Shown here in pieces: positions 31,594 to 39,798 of a stretch of DNA of 64,000 nt. The position numbers and the translations under genes are program-made. The notes beneath the pieces are model-generated. The model had not been told where the DNA came from. It made no database searches and was given only the letters and a program-made list of their open reading frames with translations. The DNA comes from a virus (lineage: Duplodnaviria; Heunggongvirae; Uroviricota; Caudoviricetes), in IMG/VR virus record IMGVR_UViG_3300009537_004349, one strand, 5' to 3'. Numbering within the stretch: the first letter of the stretch is position 1; every line of letters starts with the position of its first letter.

Positions 31594-31835
31594 ATTATCG
31601 TTCCCTTTGCTTTATCTATTCCGCACCAGCAGATGCTCTTTCCATCTGTAAGCTGTAACGCTGACGTATCTAAACCAAAATGCTTTCGGTATATTCTACA
31701 TAGCAATGAGTAGTCTGTTTCTATAAGGCGCTCTTCAATTCCATCATCCCTACTTTTAGAAATAGAGAATACTGAACTTTTTCTGATATTAAGACTCTCA
31801 GCTAATTGTTTCAGTTCCAAGTACACGTGGGCCAT
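31590..31835 (-). CDS. Hypothetical protein
   Basis: ORF in tiled run. Confidence 0.5.
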   Translation of the reverse strand: MAHVYLELKQLAESLNIRKSSVFSISKSRDDGIEERLIETDYSLLCRIYRKHFGLDTSALQLTDGKSICWCGIDKAKGTII

Positions 31836-32577
31836 CCTTTGTCACTGCTATTGACAGCTCCCAATGAACCGCCATACTCTTATCTTTCGTCACTACCGTC
31901 CAGCCATCACTTAGGATATCTACATCTGACGTGCCTAGAGTAAACATAGGTTCTAAGGCAAAGACCATTCCTTCTCGCAATCTAATATTCGGCTCTTGGA
32001 TATTAACCCAATTGAAGACATGCGGGTCTTCGTGCATCCTCTTGCCTATTCCGTGCCCACAAAAATTCACCAGATTCCCATACCCATGTTGCTTGGCCAC
32101 AGCATCAATAGCTGCCCCTATGTCGTGCAAGCGATTGCCAACATGCATCGCGTTTATTCCAGCAACTAAACTATCACGAGTGTGTTGTACCAGATTGCTA
32201 ACATGCGAAGACGGAGCATCTCCTACCACAAATGTCTTAGCAGAATCTCCTGCATATCCTTTATGGTATACACCAAAGTCTAGACTCACTATATCCCCGT
32301 TTTGAATTATTTTATCATCTCTGGGTATGCCATGGACAACCTCTTCGTTGACCGAAACACACAACACCTTCGGAAAGCCCCTATAGTTCTTAAAGGCTGA
32401 CTTAGCCCCATGAGATTTCAGCCGTTCCTCTGCTAACAAATCCAAATGAGCTGTCGTCATTCCTGGTTTTAGATGTTCGCCTACATGATTAAGGACATCA
32501 TGCACGATGCTATTGGCTTCGTGCATAAGTTCAATTTCTTTTGTAGACTTGAGATATGTGAGTCCATAGATTGACAT
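31798..32577 (-). CDS. map: Methionine aminopeptidase type I
   Basis: CVSVNEEVVHGIP, DFG, GDS, GHGIG..HEDP, LEPM, HWE: all five metal ligands present. Confidence 0.96.
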   Translation of the reverse strand: MSIYGLTYLKSTKEIELMHEANSIVHDVLNHVGEHLKPGMTTAHLDLLAEERLKSHGAKSAFKNYRGFPKVLCVSVNEEVVHGIPRDDKIIQNGDIVSLDFGVYHKGYAGDSAKTFVVGDAPSSHVSNLVQHTRDSLVAGINAMHVGNRLHDIGAAIDAVAKQHGYGNLVNFCGHGIGKRMHEDPHVFNWVNIQEPNIRLREGMVFALEPMFTLGTSDVDILSDGWTVVTKDKSMAVHWELSIAVTKDGPRVLGTETIS

Positions 32578-33554
32578 CAACGCCCCTTTGATAATGCTTC
32601 GATTCTATCCAAATAATTTTTGTATTCATCGAGCCATTTGTTTACTCTGACGTTCTTATGAATCATTAGCGAGAACAGTATGCTCTTCATATCTTCCATG
32701 GAGATATTATCTGCGCTTACATTTCTTTCCCTCTCAGCTAACGCTATCCTGCCTACCAATGACTCATAGCCCATATGTGTCCAGTATTTGGTATAGTGCA
32801 TCTTGTATTTATACAGATACTCAATAAACTCAAATCTAGTTACCGAGGGCAATTCTTCTAGGTCTTTCTTTGTAATAGAGACAGTAAAAGGCAACTTCTT
32901 ACAAAGGGTAGGGGACTTTGCCAAATCTTTAATGAGCCTCTTCCTTTTTCCTAAGTCGGACAAATCGTAATCTTTGTCATAGCGAAGATACGTAAAGAAC
33001 TTTGACTTTTTCACTATCTTCTTTATTTCGGGGTTGTCTATCCCACCAGGAATCTTTTTTACCAGCTCATTGAAGTTCTTTTTGTCCATAGAGCGATAGA
33101 AGCGCTTAAATAAAAGCACACCTCTAGCATCGTTGCTTGGTATTAACTTACAGCAACTGCGTATCAATCTATTTTTTACGCTGGAGTTAAATAGGTTATA
33201 ATTCGATAGAACCAAATCTACCACAGCAGACTTAGTTCCGTTCAACAGATAGGGTGTGCACTTCTCAATTACATCAACATAAAAGCTATTTAACTTCATC
33301 AGTGTTCCCCAATAGTTAGTTGGCGGACTGTTAAATACCTGGTGAAGTTGCTCCACCAAGGCCACGCTGATAAAATGCTTTAGTTCATTATATTTGAGAG
33401 TTGGGGGTTCTGCGTTCTCGATAATATCCAGAATCGCCTCAGCAGAACCCTTAAAATCGTCGGGGCAAGAACCGAGTTCTTGCATGAACGCCTTCGGGTC
33501 ACTAGATAGTTTCTTTATTCTAGTTATTCGAGACGTTCTATTTGTCATTCCCAA
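32577..33554 (-). CDS. Unannotated helical protein, paralog family member 1
   Basis: LEELPSVTRFEFIEYL...ISMEDMKSILFSLMIHKNVRVNKWLDEY motif shared with four other ORFs. Confidence 0.75.
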   Translation of the reverse strand: MGMTNRTSRITRIKKLSSDPKAFMQELGSCPDDFKGSAEAILDIIENAEPPTLKYNELKHFISVALVEQLHQVFNSPPTNYWGTLMKLNSFYVDVIEKCTPYLLNGTKSAVVDLVLSNYNLFNSSVKNRLIRSCCKLIPSNDARGVLLFKRFYRSMDKKNFNELVKKIPGGIDNPEIKKIVKKSKFFTYLRYDKDYDLSDLGKRKRLIKDLAKSPTLCKKLPFTVSITKKDLEELPSVTRFEFIEYLYKYKMHYTKYWTHMGYESLVGRIALAERERNVSADNISMEDMKSILFSLMIHKNVRVNKWLDEYKNYLDRIEALSKGR

Positions 33555-33735
33555 ATACCCTTAGTATTTCTACTTGAGACCATTCACCTTCGTTATGCTC
33601 TTCGCCCTGGATTTCAATTCCATCTATCTTAGCTAAATCATAGCTAATGTAATCCAAGAACTCATAAGTTTGGTTGCCGCGTCGCTTGCTCAGCTTAACT
33701 AATGCCAGTGCCATAACTTTCTCCTTTACGAACAC
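33538..33735 (-). CDS. Hypothetical protein
   Basis: 65-aa ORF. Confidence 0.45.
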   Translation of the reverse strand: MFVKEKVMALALVKLSKRRGNQTYEFLDYISYDLAKIDGIEIQGEEHNEGEWSQVEILRVFGNDK

Positions 33736-33750
33736 TTAAGTGGTTGTGGG

Positions 33751-34170
33751 TTAGAGCAATCCTTCTCTAACCAGAGTTTTAACCCAACGTCTAGCAAATC
33801 TATCACAGTATGCTTCGTCGTGGTATTGCTTTGATTGCCACCCATACCTCTGGGCAGCATATAAATGCGCGATTTCATGCAGAAGTGTATCTGCTATCTC
33901 GCTATCATCCATTCTATTTAAAGGCTTTGCCTTTTCGACATCTTGTCCTTTCAAGTTGGTTGAGATGAATGTCATACTTAATGGCATCATCACTGTTTTT
34001 GTGTCAGGGTCACATACAGCATATAGGTTATCACCTTTGACAATCTTGATTTTCATATTCTGAGATAAACTTTCCTCATCTTCAAAAAAAGCTAGTTTAG
34101 GACGCGGGTATGTACCCGGCAATCTCTCCTTTATGATATTGTAAATATCCATTACTCGTTTTAAATTCAT
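33751..34170 (-). CDS. HExxH zincin-like (SprT/IrrE-type) protein
   Basis: TLLHEIAHL and later E..CDRFA. Confidence 0.65.
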   Translation of the reverse strand: MNLKRVMDIYNIIKERLPGTYPRPKLAFFEDEESLSQNMKIKIVKGDNLYAVCDPDTKTVMMPLSMTFISTNLKGQDVEKAKPLNRMDDSEIADTLLHEIAHLYAAQRYGWQSKQYHDEAYCDRFARRWVKTLVREGLL

Positions 34171-34179
34171 GTTAAAAAC

Positions 34180-34766
34180 CTGCCCGTGTGCTTCGTATAG
34201 TCTTACTTGATATCTAAATCAATGTACTTTGGTTCTGGCTCGGGCGCCTCTTCTACAGGTGGCACCACAACACGAAGCAAGCCATCTTCATATGAGACTT
34301 CTGCTTTTTGCAGGTCCCACTGCGGCAAGACTTCTACTGTCTTTTTAAATGACCTTCGAGCCAGTGAACGGCCATTTGTTTTCTCATCATCTTCTTTCGT
34401 AGCAGAGATGATGATTTGATTGTTTTCTGGGGAAACTTGGATACTCAACTGATCTTTACTATACCCAGCTAAAGCAAGCTCCAGAGTTAATTGCTTATCT
34501 TCTACATAGATATCGCCTCTAGGAAATCCTCTAAGGCTCAGGTTATTTGAGGCGGAATCGAAGAAGTCTAGTCCCTCGAAAAACCGGTCCAGATTAAAGA
34601 ATCTGTCGAAATCCTCAAAAACATCAGTTGGAAATGCAGTCGGGAGAAGCCTCGAACTGCGGAAAGGTCTTAACATCAGTTTTGTCATTTTAATTCCTCC
34701 TTTAAGCAAATTAAAAGCTTAATAATTACACCCATTTAAGGCATGTAAACTGAAGCACACGGGCAG
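34180..34766. repeat. 15-bp perfect inverted repeat bracketing hsp20
   Basis: CTGCCCGTGTGCTTC (34180-34194) and GAAGCACACGGGCAG (34752-34766), both intergenic. Confidence 0.93.
34203..34688 (-). CDS. Small heat shock protein (Hsp20/IbpA family)
   Basis: FPRGDI..LELALAGYSKDQLSI..LARRSFKK..AEVSYEDGLLRVVVP; true start likely ATG 34688 after AGGAGG. Confidence 0.93.
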   Translation of the reverse strand: MTKLMLRPFRSSRLLPTAFPTDVFEDFDRFFNLDRFFEGLDFFDSASNNLSLRGFPRGDIYVEDKQLTLELALAGYSKDQLSIQVSPENNQIIISATKEDDEKTNGRSLARRSFKKTVEVLPQWDLQKAEVSYEDGLLRVVVPPVEEAPEPEPKYIDLDIK

Positions 34767-34794
34767 TCCATGGGAACCTACCCACGCATCTGTT

Positions 34795-34823
34795 ATTATG
34801 ACGGCGGGCAATTCGTCCGTCAA
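34795..34823 (-). promoter_or_regulatory. sigma70-like promoter of hsp20 with overlapping palindrome
   Basis: TTGACG-N17-CATAAT; TGACGG-N12-CCGTCA dyad at 34799-34822. Confidence 0.7.
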
Positions 34824-34836
34824 CAGAAAATCGGTC

Positions 34837-34864
34837 TTGACAAAATCATTTTTTGGCATATAAA
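34837..34864 (+). promoter_or_regulatory. sigma70-like promoter facing antisense
   Basis: TTGACA-N16-TATAAA on plus strand, back-to-back with the hsp20 promoter; no plus-strand gene downstream. Confidence 0.45.
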
Positions 34865-34906
34865 AGCTTCGCGACAACATTCCCGAAGGAAAACCACCAT
34901 TTAGGA

Positions 34907-35593
34907 TTAGTAGTATAGCTTAAATGCTTCTATTTCCCACTCATGTAATTCTATGTGTTTAAACACAGAATCAATTGAAAAATACATAAGATGCCAGGGC
35001 ACCTCGCTGTGGGCAAATCCTAATGTGTGGCCTATCTCATGCCTCATGACCGCTCCTATAAGAGCGTTGTCATATTTATCTAGTACGTCTTTAAATATGG
35101 CTATATCTGCAGATTTAATACAGCCATCCTCCTGGTCATTATATATGGTTACCGCCAATGCTGGCCCAGGTTCTTTTCTCTCTATCATGAAGACGCCCAC
35201 TATTCCCGGTACAGGAACGGGCTTACCGCTCTCCGTCAAAAGCTCCGTAGTCCCTCCGTGGTAGAAGAGCCTTTTATGCTTTTGTCCATGCTTCTCAGCA
35301 ATTTCGTTCCAATAATCGAACGCATCTCTTATAGGTTTTTGTTTCTCAGGAGGTATCTTTTCGCTGATAAGAAAAAATAGGGGCGGGTTACACTGCTTCG
35401 CTCTTAACTCTGTCTCTGGTATTTCTCTGTATAATTTAACTGGTTCTCTTGGTAATAAGTAACATCCTAAAATTCCTGTAATAGTAAAAACTGCTGCTAT
35501 TGTAGGAACCAATATCCAAGACATCCATCTAAGTTTCACTCTTTGCGTCATAGTTCTTAGCCTCAAATGTAAAATCTGGCAGAGGGTCGTCAC
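34907..35593 (-). CDS. Matrixin (M10-like) metalloprotease with N-terminal TM/signal segment
   Basis: HEIGHTLGFAH extended zinc motif, LMY Met-turn; start may be downstream of the called one. Confidence 0.88.
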   Translation of the reverse strand: MTTLCQILHLRLRTMTQRVKLRWMSWILVPTIAAVFTITGILGCYLLPREPVKLYREIPETELRAKQCNPPLFFLISEKIPPEKQKPIRDAFDYWNEIAEKHGQKHKRLFYHGGTTELLTESGKPVPVPGIVGVFMIERKEPGPALAVTIYNDQEDGCIKSADIAIFKDVLDKYDNALIGAVMRHEIGHTLGFAHSEVPWHLMYFSIDSVFKHIELHEWEIEAFKLYY

Positions 35594-35939
35594 CTAAATC
35601 TGGATTGCAATAAATGCAACTATCCTTACATCTGCCCTGACTATGACGCATCTTGTTCACTAAATTATACAGTATGTCTAAATTTTCTGACCCTCTTTCT
35701 TCATTAAGAAATCTAGAAATATGCGCGTCCGCTAAATCTTTCTTTATGCTATCAGGACTTTCATACAAAGAGAAGAATGTATTTGCTTCTACCAGGTCTT
35801 GAAAGTCTTTCGATATATCTGCAAACTCTAATGTGGCAACGTGTTCATCCATTTGAACTAAGTCCAAACGAATAAAAAACATATCTTCTTCTCCATCAAC
35901 TTCGCAGGACAGAGTAATTTCTTTGTTTACGATTGCCAT
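35529..35939 (-). CDS. Hypothetical acidic protein
   Basis: 136-aa ORF with GAGG SD. Confidence 0.6.
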   Translation of the reverse strand: MAIVNKEITLSCEVDGEEDMFFIRLDLVQMDEHVATLEFADISKDFQDLVEANTFFSLYESPDSIKKDLADAHISRFLNEERGSENLDILYNLVNKMRHSQGRCKDSCIYCNPDLGDDPLPDFTFEAKNYDAKSET

Positions 35940-36192
35940 CTATATCCTCTTCGTAAGATGGGGAGAAAGGTAAGAAGATAAATAAATCAAAATGAACCTT
36001 AAGCCGTTATTCTTTACTCTTAATCTTCTGCATCCTGAACATTGAACCTTTAGGTAACATTAGATATCAGTGTCGAGATCGGTATATGTCCATAGTAGTT
36101 GCTGGGAAATCCCAACGATAATCTATTTATACTTGCTTACGCTTTCAACCCCCGCAGCTTCACTCTCACCGAAGCAAGAGTTCCACACGCGA
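35940..36192 (-). other. 253-bp non-coding interval with hairpins (candidate structured RNA or promoter region)
   Basis: No ORF over ~25 aa found by eye; ACTCTTGC-TTCG-GTGAGAGT hairpin (36162-36181), GTTGGGA-TTT-CCCAGCAAC, TATAAATA at 36124-36131. Confidence 0.35.
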
Positions 36193-37491
36193 TTATTTTA
36201 GGCCATAAAATTTCAGGACATCAGGATTCGCTGTAATCGCTTTAGGATTCCAACCTCTTAATGTCAGTCCACTTATGTCCCTCGCCCGAGATAAAGCCAC
36301 ATATGCTTGCCCGTGCGTAAAGCAATCAGACAAATCCATATCTACGAAATCCAAAGTCAGCCCTTGGGACTTATGAATTGTACTCGCATATGCTAACTTA
36401 AACGGGAATTGTTTCATAGTAGCTAACTTCTTAGTTTCTACCTTTCCCTTCTTTACAACGTGTCTAACTTTTTCCCACGTATGATACTCCACCATGATAG
36501 TAGAACCATTGGATAACCTGATAGTAGGATTACCATCCTCATCTATGGCCTCTATAGTACCCATGCTTCCATTAACCCATCTGTTCTTTACGTCATTGGT
36601 TAGCATCATTACCTGGGCGTCTAAGCAAAAGTATAGTTTATCTTCCGCTGGACATTCTTTCTGTAGAGACTCTACATCTTTTCCAGAACCAGTATACTCT
36701 GCCTCAGACATCATTTTGGATGCTGGTAAACTCTTGAGCCTTCTCATGTTCTCATCTTGAGCAGTTTTCCTATGAGGAAAGATTCTAACAGGGTCAAATC
36801 CTCCAGTTAACTTTGCATTAAGCCTGGAATTGAATAGGTCACTGGCCTCTTGAGTTATATTACCTACTCTGATTTGTTCTAAGGCGTTAAGAAAATCTCC
36901 CTCACCTTGTCTGTAGTTAGTGCTAAGATTGAAAGCCTTGATTCCGGCATGCTTCCACGCATCCGATTGAAAGGCAAAAGGCTTCTTTAGGTCTGGATAC
37001 CTTTTTAGGTCATAGTTAGTTACTACAGGGGGAAGCTGAAAAAAGTCTCCAACTAACACCAGTTGTACCCCACCAAAAGGCAAATGGTTATTTCTTACCG
37101 CACTGAAAACAGTATCGATAAGGTCAAACTGATCGCTTCGCAACATAGAGACTTCATCTATTATCAGAACCTCTAGTTTTTGAATCAGGTCCCATCTCTC
37201 TAAGTCGGAAGCATATTTACCCTTAGCTCTTCTATACCAGGCAGCTATTATCTTGTCCGCCTCGAACTGACGGCAAGCGATACCTATACCTGCTACCCTG
37301 TGCAGAGTATCTCCTCCAACATTCAATGCAGCAATACCGGTGGTAGCCGTAAGAGCTGCCACCTTAGTGGTATTGCTTGCAAATTGGGAGGCTAAAAAAG
37401 TTTTTCCAGAGCCTGCGCTGCCAGTGATGAAGACATTATATCCCTCATCAATAGCATCCAGGATGTCCTGTGGGTCGTTTGTGAATTTCAT
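36193..37491 (-). CDS. PIF1/RecD-like SF1B DNA helicase
   Basis: GSAGSGKT, IIDEVSM, GDFFQLPPV, NYRQ, YASTIHKSQG, GQAYVALSR; likely start MKFTND at 37491. Confidence 0.95.
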   Translation of the reverse strand: MKFTNDPQDILDAIDEGYNVFITGSAGSGKTFLASQFASNTTKVAALTATTGIAALNVGGDTLHRVAGIGIACRQFEADKIIAAWYRRAKGKYASDLERWDLIQKLEVLIIDEVSMLRSDQFDLIDTVFSAVRNNHLPFGGVQLVLVGDFFQLPPVVTNYDLKRYPDLKKPFAFQSDAWKHAGIKAFNLSTNYRQGEGDFLNALEQIRVGNITQEASDLFNSRLNAKLTGGFDPVRIFPHRKTAQDENMRRLKSLPASKMMSEAEYTGSGKDVESLQKECPAEDKLYFCLDAQVMMLTNDVKNRWVNGSMGTIEAIDEDGNPTIRLSNGSTIMVEYHTWEKVRHVVKKGKVETKKLATMKQFPFKLAYASTIHKSQGLTLDFVDMDLSDCFTHGQAYVALSRARDISGLTLRGWNPKAITANPDVLKFYGLK

Positions 37492-37492
37492 C

Positions 37493-37957
37493 TTAATCCA
37501 CCAAGTCCACCTCCCAGTTAAGACGCTGCAACTCCAAATCCAAAGCTCGGATTCGGCTGCGCATCTCATCTAGAGAGCTTGATACTTCGTCCACATTGTA
37601 GGTGGCTACAATGGTCATCTTGACATGTGGCTCACCATAGTCAATACGACGAAGCTTGGTGGCAGATTGCTTGTTATTGGTAAGACTATCTAGTTGGGCA
37701 ACCAACGAGCGAAGCTGTGCCATCTCGTTAATCTTGTCTACAAGACCACGCTGTGCATTGGTGCGCGCAATACGAGTCTTGAGGTTGCCCAGATTGCGAG
37801 TTAGGGTTACCAACTCTTCAATCAATAGAGAGATATCAGGTACTTCCTGTCCCTCATCTAGTTGCTCAAATAGAGCATCGGTCTGTATTCGACGGGTTAG
37901 TTCTGCAACCTTACCCTTTAGATCCTTTACCTGTACTAAAGCTTCAGCTATCTTCAT
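37493..37957 (-). CDS. DIP1984-like coiled-coil protein
   Basis: MKIAEAL...IARTN...LDLELQRLNWEVDL pattern. Confidence 0.65.
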   Translation of the reverse strand: MKIAEALVQVKDLKGKVAELTRRIQTDALFEQLDEGQEVPDISLLIEELVTLTRNLGNLKTRIARTNAQRGLVDKINEMAQLRSLVAQLDSLTNNKQSATKLRRIDYGEPHVKMTIVATYNVDEVSSSLDEMRSRIRALDLELQRLNWEVDLVD

Positions 37958-38517
37958 TGCTTTTCTCCTAATTGGTTAAGCGCCCCAAGTGCAGCCTTTA
38001 GCACACGAGGGATCAATTGGTTTGCGTTTACAGAAGCGTAAACTCCTAATTCTTTGTAGTATTGTACTATATCAGAGTTATTATCGTGATATGCTTGAAA
38101 TCTTTGCTCAATGATTTCTTTCGTGTCATCTTCTCTGCGTCTGGCCAATAATCTATTTATCGCAGTTTCCCTAGTCACGCTTAAATTAAGAACCAAATCT
38201 ATAGGGCATATGCCTTGCAAGAACTCTGCTTGTGACAGCCTTCTTGGATAACCATTAAATATGGTATGCTCTGCTTTGTTCTTAGCTAATCTCTCAACCG
38301 TGTTTTTGATTAACTGGTTCGTAATTTCATCTGGGCACAAATGACCCTTGCCCCAATATTCATTCTTTGCCTTAAGCCCTAATGGGGTGCCAAGGTCTGC
38401 CTCTCTTCGGAATATCGCTCCGGGAGTTATGAGCTTACAGGAAAATCTACTCTGTAACTGTAAAGCTAAGGTATCTTTTCCAGCACCAGGCGCACCTAAC
38501 AAAACTATATTAGCCAT
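37954..38517 (-). CDS. adk: Adenylate kinase (short LID)
   Basis: GAPGAGKDT P-loop, GYPRRLSQA, RRREDD..IIEQRFQAY. Confidence 0.9.
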   Translation of the reverse strand: MANIVLLGAPGAGKDTLALQLQSRFSCKLITPGAIFRREADLGTPLGLKAKNEYWGKGHLCPDEITNQLIKNTVERLAKNKAEHTIFNGYPRRLSQAEFLQGICPIDLVLNLSVTRETAINRLLARRREDDTKEIIEQRFQAYHDNNSDIVQYYKELGVYASVNANQLIPRVLKAALGALNQLGEKQ

Positions 38518-38843
38518 TATACCTCCAGAGGAACTATAAGGTCAGGGTCAATCTCTTCCCAAACGTCGTCTTCGTCCCTACTACGGATTTCCTTTGCAGC
38601 ACCCTCGGGCACCATAAATAAGGAAATGTCCCAAGTGTTCTTGTCTTGAGACCAATTCATAAAAAAGAAAGCTTGGTTCTTTTTGGTATCGCGCTGTGCA
38701 ATAACATCGGTAAACCAAACCGAGCCGTATTCAGTTGCGGCTCTGTTAATTCGTTCAAAATATTCTCTTTCCATAGGGTCTTCGGTTTGGCTCATCAAGT
38801 TCCATAACTTAATTCCCTCTGGGTCTCCTGCTATATTACTCAT
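38517..38843 (-). CDS. Hypothetical protein
   Basis: ORF in tiled run. Confidence 0.6.
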   Translation of the reverse strand: MSNIAGDPEGIKLWNLMSQTEDPMEREYFERINRAATEYGSVWFTDVIAQRDTKKNQAFFFMNWSQDKNTWDISLFMVPEGAAKEIRSRDEDDVWEEIDPDLIVPLEV

Positions 38844-38846
38844 ATC

Positions 38847-39425
38847 TTAATTCTCCATATCTATATAGTGATATATGCCCTCCTCTGTCAGAACGCCATC
38901 GACTTTGTGTTCTCGGTCAGGCAAGGTTTTATTATAGATTTGGTGTTCTATACAAACACCCAATTTTAGTGCCTTGCTTTGTGACAGCAGCTTAGCATAG
39001 AGTCTCTTTTTATCCTCTATTAGCCAGTTATTCTTACTGTCAAACGCAAGTCCAGGAACTAATATTACATCAATGTCACTTATGTCAACACTAAAACAGT
39101 GGGGGTTCGCACCTAATACCGTTAATCCATCAGTTATGAGGTCTTCAGGACTATTAATATGGTATAGTTTAATCTTCCCATCTATTAATGAGGGAAAGAT
39201 AAAAGAGTTTTTCAGATAATGAGAATTGTTGAGTAATACAGAAGATATATCTACGGTATCATCTGATTTAAACACACATATTGCTTTATTGTCATTAAAA
39301 ACGTGAGAGTTTTCGAGCGCTGCGCATACACTATCGTTCAGTTTGTTGTATTTGCCTTTGCTAATTAAGATGTTTCGTAGTTTTTGAAACAAATAAACCA
39401 GCCTCTTTTCCGGAATCATAAGCAT
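38847..39425 (-). CDS. 5-formyltetrahydrofolate cyclo-ligase-like protein, degenerate ATP motif
   Basis: DIDVILVPGLAFD, GVCIEHQI, DGVLTE present; RLGxGxGYYD replaced by WLIEDKKRLYA. Confidence 0.7.
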   Translation of the reverse strand: MLMIPEKRLVYLFQKLRNILISKGKYNKLNDSVCAALENSHVFNDNKAICVFKSDDTVDISSVLLNNSHYLKNSFIFPSLIDGKIKLYHINSPEDLITDGLTVLGANPHCFSVDISDIDVILVPGLAFDSKNNWLIEDKKRLYAKLLSQSKALKLGVCIEHQIYNKTLPDREHKVDGVLTEEGIYHYIDMEN

Positions 39426-39798
39426 TCCCCTTTAGCACTCTCAGTACTCGTTCGTCAATCATCTCCAAGCTTTCTTCATCCTCAGCCTTTTTTGTTAGTG
39501 CATCTATAGCTGCGCGCACAAACTTATCAAAGTTGCTGCTCTTCTCATAGATACCGATGCGCTCATGGGAGATAGTAATATCTTCTCCTAGAAAACCATC
39601 AGATTCTAGCACATCTAATTCTGAAGTCTCATCAAGAATTTCTCTAACATCCCAGGACATATCGTGCCTCAAATATGCTATGATATCATTCTTGTTCTCT
39701 CCCTTGTTGAAGAAGTGCACCACTACTAAATCCAGTGACGGATTATAGTAGCTAGCAAAAGCTAAATTGGAAATTTTCTGTACCAAATCAAGGTCCAT
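39361..39798 (-). CDS. Hypothetical acidic protein
   Basis: 145-aa ORF. Confidence 0.6.
   Translation of the reverse strand: MDLDLVQKISNLAFASYYNPSLDLVVVHFFNKGENKNDIIAYLRHDMSWDVREILDETSELDVLESDGFLGEDITISHERIGIYEKSSNFDKFVRAAIDALTKKAEDEESLEMIDERVLRVLKGNAYDSGKEAGLFVSKTTKHLN

Noticed and set aside
35940-36192. tmRNA, RNase P RNA or group I intron assignment
   Set aside because: No tRNA-like ends, tag ORF or conserved core sequences recognised; kept only as an unassigned candidate
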